A stretch of 54,202 bases of DNA. Origin: a virus (Duplodnaviria > Caudoviricetes). The notes under the pieces were generated by a model. The model had not been told where the DNA came from. It did no database searches and worked only from the letters and a program-made list of their open reading frames with translations. The stretch's first letter is position 1. Every line of letters begins with the position of its first letter. The stretch lies in IMG/VR virus record IMGVR_UViG_3300036859_000099, positions 1 to 54,202 of that record. One strand, written 5' to 3'. Below are positions 44,416 to 53,188 of the stretch, in pieces. A program made the position numbers and the translations under genes.

Positions 44416-44426
44416 GAAAGCAGCCG
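44257..44426 (+). ncRNA. TnpB omegaRNA (scaffold to ~44406, then flanking guide)
   Basis: Hairpins GGGGC/GCCCC, TCCGGCCGAT/ATCGGTCGGA, CGTCTC-GCAA-GAGACG and CCGCA/TGCGG overlap the tnpB 3' end and finish in AACGG. Confidence 0.7.
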
Positions 44427-45262
44427 ACGTGACGCATCCCGCCTTCAGCATTGAAGGGCCAGCGCTGGTCAGCTTCAGCGGCGGGCGCAGCTCGGCCTTC
44501 ATGCTGCACGAGATCATGCGCGCGCACGGCGGGAAAATGCCGGAAAACCTGCATGTTTGCTTCGCCAACACCGGCAAGGAGCTGGAGGAGACGCTGCGCT
44601 TCGTGCATGAGTGCGGCTCACGCTGGGGCATCCCCATTGCGTGGCTGGAGTGGCGAGATACCAAGCCGTGCCACGAGCGCGTCGGGTTCAACAGTGCCAG
44701 TCGTGCCGGCGAGCCCTTCGACGCGCTGATCACAAAGAAGCGGCGATTGCCGAACTGGCAAGAGCGCTGGTGCACGTCGTTCCTGAAGATCAAACCGATG
44801 CACGACTACATGCGCGAGATGACCGGACTGGAGCCTGGGCAGTACGTCGAGGCGGTTGGCTTGCGCGACGACGAGCCCGAGCGCATCGGCGACATGGTCG
44901 AGGGTGACGCGCGCAGCGGCCGGCACAGGACGGCGCCGCTGGCGAGGGCGAAGATCGCGAAGCCTGCCGTTCTGGAGTTCTGGGCAGCGCAGCCGTTCGA
45001 TCTCGGACTCGAAGGATGGGACGGCAACTGCGATGTGTGCTTCGCCACGGGTCGCGGCGTCCGTGTTCAACGCCTGCGCCGTCGCCCGCAGTGCGGCAAG
45101 TGGTGGCTCGACCAGGAAACCAAGATCGGCGGCACGTTCGACCGTAGGGACAGCGTCGCTGATCTGATGAAAGAGGCGGCGGCTACGCCTGACCTGTTCG
45201 AGGCGCCGCTTGCTGAGTACGACGCCGAGTGTGGACTGTATTGCGGCGCAGAGACCGTATAA
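44408..45262 (+). CDS. PAPS-reductase-family (NinC-like) protein
   Basis: VSFSGGRSS PP-loop, FANTGKE, CT..LK, GLR.DE, GNCDVC. Confidence 0.85.
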   Translation: MDKKAADVTHPAFSIEGPALVSFSGGRSSAFMLHEIMRAHGGKMPENLHVCFANTGKELEETLRFVHECGSRWGIPIAWLEWRDTKPCHERVGFNSASRAGEPFDALITKKRRLPNWQERWCTSFLKIKPMHDYMREMTGLEPGQYVEAVGLRDDEPERIGDMVEGDARSGRHRTAPLARAKIAKPAVLEFWAAQPFDLGLEGWDGNCDVCFATGRGVRVQRLRRRPQCGKWWLDQETKIGGTFDRRDSVADLMKEAAATPDLFEAPLAEYDAECGLYCGAETV

Positions 45263-45277
45263 CCGAGGAGCATCGAC

Positions 45278-45508
45278 GTGACGCGCGAAATGACGACTGA
45301 TGAGTGGGCTGAGTTTGACGGCTCCCCAGATCACTCCAATCACGGCAGCGATTGTTTCTGCTGCCCCTATTGTGTCGAGGGCGTCGCTGTCTCGGATGCG
45401 GATGAAAATGTGAAGGTTGCCGCATGCTCGAACTGCGGGCAAGAGTTTGCAGTCTGGACGGAAATGGTGCCGCGCGCCTATAGCGCGAAGATGCCGACAG
45501 CAACATGA
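45278..45508 (+). CDS. Zn-ribbon protein
   Basis: CPYC...CSNC; GAGGAG RBS. Confidence 0.65.
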   Translation: MTREMTTDEWAEFDGSPDHSNHGSDCFCCPYCVEGVAVSDADENVKVAACSNCGQEFAVWTEMVPRAYSAKMPTAT

Positions 45509-45756
45509 GGAGCGAGGCCGTGACGACCAGAATGCTCGCACCACATCTTCGGCCCGCCATCAAGGCGTGGCCAGTCATGAGCGCAATCGTGCGCCGCGAA
45601 CTGATCCATTGGGGCGTCTGTCCCGAGTGCGGCTCGGATGCGCCGCAGGGCATATCAGTAGGGGCGGACGAGACGAAGAACCTTCCCATGAATTGCTACG
45701 AGTGCGGATGGCATGAGGCGCCGCAGTGGGTGATCGACGCCGTCAAGGGCGTATAA
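45505..45756 (+). CDS. Zn-ribbon protein
   Basis: CPEC...CYEC. Confidence 0.55.
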   Translation: MRSEAVTTRMLAPHLRPAIKAWPVMSAIVRRELIHWGVCPECGSDAPQGISVGADETKNLPMNCYECGWHEAPQWVIDAVKGV

Positions 45757-45770
45757 CGGAGGAGGCTTGT

Positions 45771-46034
45771 GTGGGAGACGGTATTGGCTGGCAACCAATC
45801 GACACGGCGCCACTGGACAAGTCTATCCTGATGTGGTGGCGTCCGCGCGCCGATCCCAAGTACCCGCACGCGCCCGAAGCGGCGTCGCCGCTGAGTAACA
45901 ATCGTTACGCTGAGTGCTGTGTAATCGGCCAAGTGTCGGCTCACGAGGATGGCAAGTGGTGGACGTGCCGTGGTGAATACGAAGACCTGTGGCACGTGAC
46001 GCACTGGCGACCTTTGCCGAATGGACCCTGCTAA
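45771..46034 (+). CDS. DUF551-like protein
   Basis: WQPIDTAP...VTHWRPLP. Confidence 0.75.
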   Translation: MGDGIGWQPIDTAPLDKSILMWWRPRADPKYPHAPEAASPLSNNRYAECCVIGQVSAHEDGKWWTCRGEYEDLWHVTHWRPLPNGPC

Positions 46035-46048
46035 GCATAGGAGCATCC

Positions 46049-46255
46049 ATGTTGACCAAAGCAGAAGTCGCGCCGAATGCAGTCTCGGGCTGGAACGTTG
46101 AGCAGTTCGACGACGATGGGGCGTGCCTGATGGCGATCTTTACTGGGCCTGACGCCGAGCAGCGCGCCCGCCACTATGCAGAGCATCGCAACGACGGGTC
46201 TCGACGCTGTGGCCGCATTGCGCGACTTCGGCAAGAATGGTGGCGCGACGCTTGA
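46049..46255 (+). CDS. Hypothetical protein
   Basis: AGGAG RBS; FTGPDAEQRA. Confidence 0.55.
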   Translation: MLTKAEVAPNAVSGWNVEQFDDDGACLMAIFTGPDAEQRARHYAEHRNDGSRRCGRIARLRQEWWRDA

Positions 46256-46295
46256 GGATTTGCGAAAAGAACTCGAAACGTGAGGAGCGGGCCAC

Positions 46296-46733
46296 ATGAG
46301 CCGATCAGGCTACACCGACGACTGCGCCGACGTGCTGGCGCTGGGCAGGTGGCGCAGCGCTGTGCGGAATGCCCTCAAGGGCAAGCGCGGCCAAGCATTC
46401 TTGAGAGAGGCGCTGGCGGCGCTCGATGCGCTACCCGAAAAGCGGCTGATCCGTGATGACCTAGAAGCCGAGGCCACCGGCATGCCATTCCGACCGCGAC
46501 GCGATGTCTGCATGCTTGGAGCTGTCGGGCGTGCGCGCGGTCTCGATATGAGCCGCCTTGATCCGTATGAGTCTGAGAGCGTGGCAGGCGCCTTCGGGAT
46601 CGCTCGCGCGATGGCTTGCGAGATCGCCGATGTCAACGACGACTATTCGCGCGAGACGCCTGAGGCGCGGTTCGCCCGCGTGCGCCAGTGGATCGACGCG
46701 CAGATCGTCCGTGAACCGCTAGCGACAGCATAG
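46296..46733 (+). CDS. Hypothetical phage protein (MSRSGY.DD...)
   Basis: GKRGQAFLRE..ALDA and ETPE.R motifs; GAGGAG RBS. Confidence 0.75.
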   Translation: MSRSGYTDDCADVLALGRWRSAVRNALKGKRGQAFLREALAALDALPEKRLIRDDLEAEATGMPFRPRRDVCMLGAVGRARGLDMSRLDPYESESVAGAFGIARAMACEIADVNDDYSRETPEARFARVRQWIDAQIVREPLATA

Positions 46734-46841
46734 GAGCCTGCGATCTCGGCGAGTTGCAGATGGTCAGCGTGCTGGTGGCGAATGCTGGTGGATTCATTCT
46801 ATGTTCGGTGCCGTCTCTGGAACCAACGCGGAACTCAGTTC

Positions 46842-47069
46842 GTGCCAGATATGTGTCAGAGAACGGTCAATGTTCTCGTCAGGTACATGGTACGTACATG
46901 CAGGGCCTACTTGACGGCAAAGCTCAAAAACCCTAGGAACCACGCGGCTGCGGGCGCGTAGCTCAGCGGTAGAGCACTACCTTGACATGGTAGATTTCGG
47001 CTTGGTATCTTGCGGAAATTCCACGACATTTTCAATGTTCTTCGTCATTCGAGCCAAATCCGTGTCAGA
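46842..47069. other. attP: attP region with arm-type repeats flanking the tRNA core
   Basis: GTGCCAGATATGTGTCAGA (46842-46860) and GAGCCAAATCCGTGTCAGA (47051-47069) flank the tRNA fragment next to int. Confidence 0.7.
46952..46993 (+). tRNA. 5' half of tRNA-Val(GAC), attP core; not a complete tRNA
   Basis: GGGCGCG-TAGCTCAGCGGTAGAGC-A-CTACC-TTGACAT-GGTAG; no T-arm or 3' acceptor strand follows. Confidence 0.9.
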
Positions 47070-48017
47070 AGAGGCCACCACTTCGTCGACATGTGACCGC
47101 TCAAGATGCTTATAGGTTTCATCAAAAAGTCGGGCTGATTTCCACCCTCCAGCCTCCTGTACAACCTTACCAGACTTGCCTTGCCGCAGAAGCCGCGCCG
47201 AGAAGGCATGGCGGCCGATCTTGTGTGAGGACAGATAGGGCAAGCCCGCCCGCCGAGATGCCCTCTCGATGGCCTGGTTGAGGCTGTGGCGGGTTTTGAA
47301 GCCGAACAACGGCCCCTGAGTACCGCGCAGTGGGATGAGGGCGTCCACTACAGTCTGGGGCAGCTTCACGCGCCTGGGTTCTCCGTTCTTTGTCTCGCGC
47401 AGGATCGCTGAGTGATCGTCCCAGTCCACATCGTCGTCGCGGAGTCGGCACGCCTCGGAGGCTCGGGCCGCTGTCAGCGTGATCGTCAAGACCGCTGCCT
47501 TGAGCCGGATGCTACAACTCGGCAACAGCTTGACGATGTGCTCATCCCTCGCGAACGTCACCGCCTTGCGCTTCGGTAGCTTGGGGCGCTTGAACATGGG
47601 CATGGCGCATAGCGGGGGCTGGGCGCCGGCAGCGGTCCGAAACACCGCTATGATCGGCGTGTAGACCTGCCTGTTGATGCCCTGCAGCCCGCTGTTGGGG
47701 TAGGCCGATGCTGCGAACTTGGCCACCATCATGGACGTAATTTCGGACAGCCGCATCGTTCCGAAGTGATCTATAAGCTTGCCCATGAACCGATCTTCGC
47801 CGCCCCCTTCTAGATAGAGGACAACGGCCTCGGCGAAGGTGGCTGTGCGCTGCTCTCCCCAGGTGTAGCGGTCGAGGATTTCCTGTTGCCGTTTGGCGAG
47901 GGTGGCTTCGGCGTGCGGCCGCGAATTAGTGCCCGTGCTTTCTCTAACGCGCTCATTGGCGAGCGAACCGCTGATTTGGAAGATGCCCTTCTTTCCGCGC
48001 GACGTGAGCTTGAGCAT
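46977..48017 (-). CDS. int: Tyrosine integrase
   Basis: TAARASE (R), TKNG (K), SHKIGRH (HxxxR), GGWKS, TYKH (Y). Confidence 0.93.
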   Translation of the reverse strand: MLKLTSRGKKGIFQISGSLANERVRESTGTNSRPHAEATLAKRQQEILDRYTWGEQRTATFAEAVVLYLEGGGEDRFMGKLIDHFGTMRLSEITSMMVAKFAASAYPNSGLQGINRQVYTPIIAVFRTAAGAQPPLCAMPMFKRPKLPKRKAVTFARDEHIVKLLPSCSIRLKAAVLTITLTAARASEACRLRDDDVDWDDHSAILRETKNGEPRRVKLPQTVVDALIPLRGTQGPLFGFKTRHSLNQAIERASRRAGLPYLSSHKIGRHAFSARLLRQGKSGKVVQEAGGWKSARLFDETYKHLERSHVDEVVASSDTDLARMTKNIENVVEFPQDTKPKSTMSR

Positions 48018-48190
48018 GGGCGCCTAATCTTCTCCAGGACGGCGTTGAAATCCTCTTCTGACAGGGCGAGCTGCCGACGATGCTCGATGCAGCCGACAGA
48101 GCGAGCCATCTTCCTAAATAGACGTTCTCCGACGCGGATTGGCAAGCGCGCGAGGCATTCCTGGACCGTGAGGAGCTTGGCGTCAGCCAT
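47810..48190 (-). CDS. Excisionase-like protein overlapping the int 5' end
   Basis: LLTVQE wHTH-like start; GGAGG RBS; directly upstream of int. Confidence 0.6.
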   Translation of the reverse strand: MADAKLLTVQECLARLPIRVGERLFRKMARSVGCIEHRRQLALSEEDFNAVLEKIRRPCSSSRRAERRASSKSAVRSPMSALEKARALIRGRTPKPPSPNGNRKSSTATPGESSAQPPSPRPLSSI

Positions 48191-48677
48191 TTGGCACCTC
48201 CTGGCTCGCGATCGCTGCTATGGCCTCTAGCAATGCCGGAGAGTGGCGGAACCACTCATCGATGGCTCCAGCCTTGATAGATGCGAAGACGGCGTGTAGC
48301 GCCCTCTCGGCTAGAATGCTGCCAGGCAGGTATCCAATCAGGTCTAGATCGAATGGGATGAACGCTTGAAGCTGCCTATGTCTGTTGGGAGGGTCGATCG
48401 AGTATCCGATCTTGACCAGTTCTCGGCACCGCATGAAGTATACGAAGCCTTGCGTCTCATGCTCCCCTACCAGTCTCAAGATCAACCGCCTGAGGCCGTC
48501 TGCGTCAGACGGAAGAGGAAGCTTCGGCCGATAGTCGCACAGGTCATGCAGGTCGTAGCGGATGGCTCGTTGGCCAATCCGGCACTGAGGCAGTCCCGGC
48601 AGCAGTCGCACTTTTGCTGGTGCGACACCGAGATATTCGGCCGCCTCATGGGCGCGAAGATATCTCTGCTCACCCAT
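48183..48677 (-). CDS. HTH plus GIY-YIG (T5orf172-like) protein
   Basis: YLRAHEAAEYLGV; GFVYF...VKIGYS..P..R..QLQ, E..LH..F, EWF. Confidence 0.8.
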   Translation of the reverse strand: MGEQRYLRAHEAAEYLGVAPAKVRLLPGLPQCRIGQRAIRYDLHDLCDYRPKLPLPSDADGLRRLILRLVGEHETQGFVYFMRCRELVKIGYSIDPPNRHRQLQAFIPFDLDLIGYLPGSILAERALHAVFASIKAGAIDEWFRHSPALLEAIAAIASQEVPNG

Positions 48678-48774
48678 TGCTGTTCTCCTTGGGCGGGACG
48701 AATTGGCGGGGCTCCCACCCATGTCCGGGTGGCTTCAGAACTCTGCATCTCAGCCGAGTGAACCCCATAGTTCC

Positions 48775-49323
48775 TTACTTATTCGCGTGGTCGCGCACCA
48801 CTTGGTCAAGCGCGATGCACAGCATGTCGCGCGTCCACTCGGCTTCCTCCTTCGTCTCGCACCCGTGTGGCGTCACGCAGAAGCGCTGATTGGTGACTTG
48901 CAGGAAGACATGATGAGCGTCCGGACAATCCTCGATCACGACTGGGGCAATGGTGACGTAGCGCTCCATGTGCGGGGCGCGGCGCGTTACCCATTGTCCT
49001 TTGTTGTCATTCGCTTCAAGCTTCTGCGGGTTCGTTTGGTCCATCATCGCCTCCAGCTGCGTCATTGTTTGAGCCGGGATGCCTCGCATCCGGGCGAGGA
49101 TCAGGTCGTTATCGTTCGTGTCCACAGCCGCTCCGTTGGTTGGCCAAGGCACATCTCCCTCATTCTTCGGCACGTAGACCTCTCCCGTTGGCTTTGGGGC
49201 GTGTGGGGTTTTTCGCGACCCCACGAAAAACCTCCCAATGGCGAAGCCGACGACGCCGGGCAGCAGATTGCCGAATAAGGCGATGCCGAGCATGGTGAGG
49301 GTGGCGGTCATCTTCTTCCCCAT
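48775..49323 (-). CDS. Hypothetical protein with N-terminal TM
   Basis: Hydrophobic N-terminus; in operon. Confidence 0.55.
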   Translation of the reverse strand: MGKKMTATLTMLGIALFGNLLPGVVGFAIGRFFVGSRKTPHAPKPTGEVYVPKNEGDVPWPTNGAAVDTNDNDLILARMRGIPAQTMTQLEAMMDQTNPQKLEANDNKGQWVTRRAPHMERYVTIAPVVIEDCPDAHHVFLQVTNQRFCVTPHGCETKEEAEWTRDMLCIALDQVVRDHANK

Positions 49324-49619
49324 GCTCTTGAGCGCCGGTATTCCTTCGGGACCACATGGTTGGTGAACGTGCGCCGGCTTCTGGCGGCCTCGGCATGATC
49401 GTCGGCGTCCTTGTCCTTCCGGCACCAAGAGCAACAAATGAAACAGTTCTCGTCCACGTCATCGCCACCGTTCTCTAGAGCCGGGTGGTGCTCGACGGAC
49501 CAATGATCAGCGGGCGGCCTAAGCTTGCGCCCGCAGCCCCAGTTCCTTTCGCCCAGCGTCGCGTCCCCGCATATGCCATTGCGGATCGCGAATATCTTCG
49601 CGCGTCGAAGAGGCGTCAT
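49308..49619 (-). CDS. HNH endonuclease
   Basis: C...CG, WSVEHHPALENGG.D...N...C..C..K. Confidence 0.75.
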   Translation of the reverse strand: MTPLRRAKIFAIRNGICGDATLGERNWGCGRKLRPPADHWSVEHHPALENGGDDVDENCFICCSWCRKDKDADDHAEAARSRRTFTNHVVPKEYRRSRAWGRR

Positions 49620-49657
49620 GGACCCGCGAGCACCTTTGTAAAACGGGCCGTCCATTT

Positions 49658-49921
49658 CTACTTCCGCTCCTTTGGCGTGATTCCGGCCTCTTTGGCGATT
49701 TCGTCCAGCTCTTTCACGATCTCCGGCGCCATCTTGAAATGATGCAGGGCGTTGGCGACCCGCAATCCATCCCATGGGGTCCGGCTTTCGCGGAAGGCGT
49801 CTAGCTCCAATTGCAGGTTGTAGGGAATGCCGCCGCTGGCGCGGATGCGGGTGTACAAGTCCTCAACCTTGTCCTGGGGGATTTGGCGGAGGTGGGGCAT
49901 TTCAACGGTTTCGTTGGTCAT
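49658..49921 (-). CDS. Hypothetical protein
   Basis: ATGA coupling. Confidence 0.5.
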   Translation of the reverse strand: MTNETVEMPHLRQIPQDKVEDLYTRIRASGGIPYNLQLELDAFRESRTPWDGLRVANALHHFKMAPEIVKELDEIAKEAGITPKERK

Positions 49922-50106
49922 TGCCGATCCTCTCCCGGTCTGACGACCTCCATCTGGTATTCCGCCGCCACCTCATAGACCCTAGCCGCCGTTACCCTGT
50001 GCTTGGCCATGATCCTGGAGATGGGCCAGCCTTGCTCAATGCAGCGGGCGAGCTTTCTGGCCTCGCGGGCGCGATCTAGGGGAGAGGGGGAATGGGTAAT
50101 GGTCAT
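49918..50106 (-). CDS. Small HTH-like protein
   Basis: GWPISRIMAKHRVTAARVYEV. Confidence 0.5.
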   Translation of the reverse strand: MTITHSPSPLDRAREARKLARCIEQGWPISRIMAKHRVTAARVYEVAAEYQMEVVRPGEDRQ

Positions 50107-50108
50107 TC

Positions 50109-50450
50109 CTAAATCCTTAGTGCACGATAGTTGGCCTGCTCCGATCGCCACGCCTCGATCTTGAGGGCTGCGGCCTCGCGTAGCGCGCGGAGCTTTTCGT
50201 ATTCGCCCGCGGCAACGGCGTCTCGCTCAAGAGCCGTGCGATATTCCTCAGAAGCCAGCGCTTCTCTTTCCTGGTGAGAGATCGGCTTTTCATTGTGCAA
50301 CCTCATACTCAACGCCTTCGTTACTTTGACCATGTGGGAGGCGCGCACCAATTCGGCTTTGGCGTCTCCGATCTCCTTCGCGTTGTCGCGAAGCCACGAC
50401 AGCGCCTTCTCAAGCTCTTCGTCAGAGACGATGCGCGTGCGGTTGCTCAC
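50109..50450 (-). CDS. Helical recombination-region protein
   Basis: EREALASEEY...KIEAWRSEQAN.R; GTG start. Confidence 0.65.
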   Translation of the reverse strand: MSNRTRIVSDEELEKALSWLRDNAKEIGDAKAELVRASHMVKVTKALSMRLHNEKPISHQEREALASEEYRTALERDAVAAGEYEKLRALREAAALKIEAWRSEQANYRALRI

Positions 50451-50647
50451 TTCTTCCCCCCGTAGATCACGATGTCCCGAACCCAATCCCGCCACGCCAA
50501 AGGAACTTTGTGCCGGACCCAAGCATCCTCGTAGCCTAGGCCTTCCAAAGCCATGCGCCTGACCTTGTCAGTAAGGTCCTTGATGGTGCTGGTCTTCTCC
50601 CCACTCTTCAGCGGGGAGAGGGTCGGGGTGAGGGGCATGGCGGTCAC
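50447..50647 (-). CDS. Hypothetical protein
   Basis: GLGYEDAWVR; coupled. Confidence 0.5.
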   Translation of the reverse strand: MTAMPLTPTLSPLKSGEKTSTIKDLTDKVRRMALEGLGYEDAWVRHKVPLAWRDWVRDIVIYGGKK

Positions 50648-51591
50648 TCCGCTGCAACGGGGCGCCGCACGCGCGCCATGGCGTCATCGTAGTAGCCTTC
50701 GCATTCGCTTCGGTCGGATCGGCTCAATCTGCTTTCGACGATGTCCCGATCCGAGTCCCAAATCTCCATGACGGATGCATCGTCGGTTGCGAGCGCGAGC
50801 GCATCCTTGAGACGAGCCTTGAAGGCGGCTGGGTTGGCGAGCGGTTCTTCTGGCGCGAGACGTTTGGCGGCTTCGGCATCAGACAACACGACGACGGCCG
50901 GCGGGTCGGGGATGTCTGGCAGATCAGCGGCAACATGCGAGGTAGATTTGACTTCGCGGTATTCGTCGCGACCAAGTTGAATGTCAGCTTCTTCCTCGAA
51001 GATCGGGATGCCCTTGAGAACATCGGCGGCGCAGTCGCGCGCAAGCCAACCGCGGCACCGCATCCTGAGCATGCGCTTCTTGTAGCGGAACCATGGCGAG
51101 TCGTTGTCACCTGTGTAGGTTGATCCGTCCTTGCCTTTTTTCTGTATCTTCTCGCGGGTGTCCCACAGTCGGTTGTCTTTGGCGTCCTGGGCCGAGTATT
51201 TGAATACGTACACGCCGCCATCCGGGCGCGTGATCTTGCAATGAGCCACGCAGGTGTCGAGCGTTTCTTCGCTCTCATACCATTCATTGATCTTGAAGCC
51301 TCTGCTCCAGAGCAGAGAAGGGATGCCGTCGCTGTGCAGGCACGCCTTGCCGTTGATGACGCCAATGCATTCCAGCGCAGCCATCGGAGGCAAGCCGATC
51401 TCCAAACCTTTGAGAAAAACGACCGTAACGGCGGCCGCATTCTTCAATTGGTAGGGAGCAAGACCGGATTGATGGATCAATTCCGCGAGGCGGAATGTCT
51501 GGTCGATCGTGGTTGGCACGATAGCCGAAATATTCGCGCCGGCTTCCAGCTTGGCGACCGCGCGACCTGCAATTGCGGATTGGTCGTTCAT
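50644..51591 (-). CDS. RecT/Red-beta-like single-strand annealing protein
   Basis: GLEIGLPPMAAL..I.VING, PWFRY..RML..R, RD..ADVLKG. Confidence 0.82.
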   Translation of the reverse strand: MNDQSAIAGRAVAKLEAGANISAIVPTTIDQTFRLAELIHQSGLAPYQLKNAAAVTVVFLKGLEIGLPPMAALECIGVINGKACLHSDGIPSLLWSRGFKINEWYESEETLDTCVAHCKITRPDGGVYVFKYSAQDAKDNRLWDTREKIQKKGKDGSTYTGDNDSPWFRYKKRMLRMRCRGWLARDCAADVLKGIPIFEEEADIQLGRDEYREVKSTSHVAADLPDIPDPPAVVVLSDAEAAKRLAPEEPLANPAAFKARLKDALALATDDASVMEIWDSDRDIVESRLSRSDRSECEGYYDDAMARVRRPVAAE

Positions 51592-52565
51592 GCGGCTCTC
51601 CGATCTTCTTTCACGTCAAAGCCAGGAACTTCGCGTGCGCCAGCCTTGACGGCCTGCTCGGCAAGCTTCTGCACCAGCTCTTTGATCTTGGCGTTCTCGG
51701 CGAAATGCGCTAGCGCTTTGCTGTAGTCGGTCAGCACAGGCACCCATACCGATTTGAGACCTGCCTTGCGCCCGAAGCCGCCGCCGGCATTGACCTTCAC
51801 GGGTTCTGGACCCATTGGAAGTTCCGGCATCTCCGGCGGATCACTCGTCAAGGCCGTGATCGGATCGTCAACCATCAGCTTGGCTTGCTCGGCCTCGACG
51901 CGCTTGCGTTCGGCCTCGGCACGTTCGCGGTCGGCGCGGAATTTGGCATCGGCCTCCGCCTGCAATCGCCGTTCCTCGGCTTTCATGAAGGCTTCAAACC
52001 GTGAACGAAGACGGTCGGATAGAACCTTCACCGCAGCGCGGAACCGGAATTTGTCGTCAACTTGGCGCTCCTGCTCCAGGACTGGCGCCTTCTCTTCCTT
52101 GTGCATCCCGTCTGCGCGCTTGTTCAGCGCCAGCAGCTGGGCCTGCAGATTGCGGAAGAGGTTGCAGATCTCCTGCGATTTGATCTCGGGCGTTTTGTTG
52201 AGAAGCTCGTCGGCCTGGGCGCACTTGTCGTCGATCTCGGCGCGAAGCGCGTCGAATGGATCGGACGGCATGTTGCTGCCGCGGGTCGGCTTGGGCTCGT
52301 CCGGCCAGTGGCCGTTGTCTTTGCGGAATTTATACGCATCCTGTGCTACCGGGCGCTTGGCGCAGGAAATCCAGATGGCCTCAGGATCGGCCTCGGCGCC
52401 GTCGACCAGGGCAACCAATCGCCCATCTTTGTTTGGGCCGATGGCGACCGGCAGAAGATTGCCGTTCCTCTGCAGCGCATACCGTCCTGGGTAGGGTCGA
52501 TCGGCATGGATGGGCACTGGCTTGCCGGCGAGCATGTCGCGATATGGCTGATAAACGTCCGTCAT
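51588..52565 (-). CDS. Coiled-coil recombination-associated protein
   Basis: EEKAPVLE...VD..F; C-terminal G.REVPGF; upstream of the annealase. Confidence 0.7.
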   Translation of the reverse strand: MTDVYQPYRDMLAGKPVPIHADRPYPGRYALQRNGNLLPVAIGPNKDGRLVALVDGAEADPEAIWISCAKRPVAQDAYKFRKDNGHWPDEPKPTRGSNMPSDPFDALRAEIDDKCAQADELLNKTPEIKSQEICNLFRNLQAQLLALNKRADGMHKEEKAPVLEQERQVDDKFRFRAAVKVLSDRLRSRFEAFMKAEERRLQAEADAKFRADRERAEAERKRVEAEQAKLMVDDPITALTSDPPEMPELPMGPEPVKVNAGGGFGRKAGLKSVWVPVLTDYSKALAHFAENAKIKELVQKLAEQAVKAGAREVPGFDVKEDRRAA

Positions 52566-52792
52566 GGCTGCGTCCCAATCTTCAACTGCCCTACCGCCAA
52601 TTCCGCGAACTCCACGGCTGCCTTCATGCCCTCGATGGAGGCCAGCCTGTGAAGCGCCGTGAGCAGTGCTGACCGCTCTCGGTCGATCCGCTTCTTGCTC
52701 TCCAGGTCCACTGAGGCCTCAAGGTCGGCCTTCAGCTTCGGTCTGGCGGCGAGGCGGATACGAATGTCGTTGATGGCGATGACTTCAGCCAT
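52562..52792 (-). CDS. Hypothetical protein
   Basis: Coupled in operon. Confidence 0.55.
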   Translation of the reverse strand: MAEVIAINDIRIRLAARPKLKADLEASVDLESKKRIDRERSALLTALHRLASIEGMKAAVEFAELAVGQLKIGTQP

Positions 52793-53012
52793 TGGCGGCC
52801 TCGGTCTTCGGGAAGATTTTGGACCTAAAGCTCTTCCAGTAGGCTTCGCGCTCGGCTTCCGTTTCCGGTCCGCTGAGCAGCTCTACCGTTCCTTCCGAAG
52901 CCAAGTCTGTGGTTGACAGCTGCTCGAATTTGGCTTGCGCCTCCTCCGGGCTGTCAGCCGTGATCTTGGCCTCGAATGGTATGCTGCCCTCGAAGATGTA
53001 AGTCTCGCTCAT
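52785..53012 (-). CDS. Hypothetical acidic protein
   Basis: GAGGTG RBS; ITADSPEEA. Confidence 0.6.
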   Translation of the reverse strand: MSETYIFEGSIPFEAKITADSPEEAQAKFEQLSTTDLASEGTVELLSGPETEAEREAYWKSFRSKIFPKTEAANG

Positions 53013-53188
53013 GGCATCACCTCATGATTGCCAGCAGGGCGCCAAACCCGGTTGCGGTCAGTACAAGCATGGCCACCTGGGCGACCATCCATCCAAAGTT
53101 CTCGTCTACGTTTCGCATTGTCCGTGTCCCTAGTTTTTGTAAGTGGCGGGCGGCTCCCCCAAGATGAGAAACCGCCCGCCGTTGTGTG

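Noticed and set aside
44408-45262. PAPS-reductase gene as a Dnd phosphorothioation system or sulfur-assimilation gene
   Set aside because: No other dnd, ssp or cys genes are present; solitary NinC-like genes are common in temperate phages.
46952-46993. Functional phage tRNA gene
   Set aside because: The T-arm and 3' acceptor strand are missing; it is an att core.
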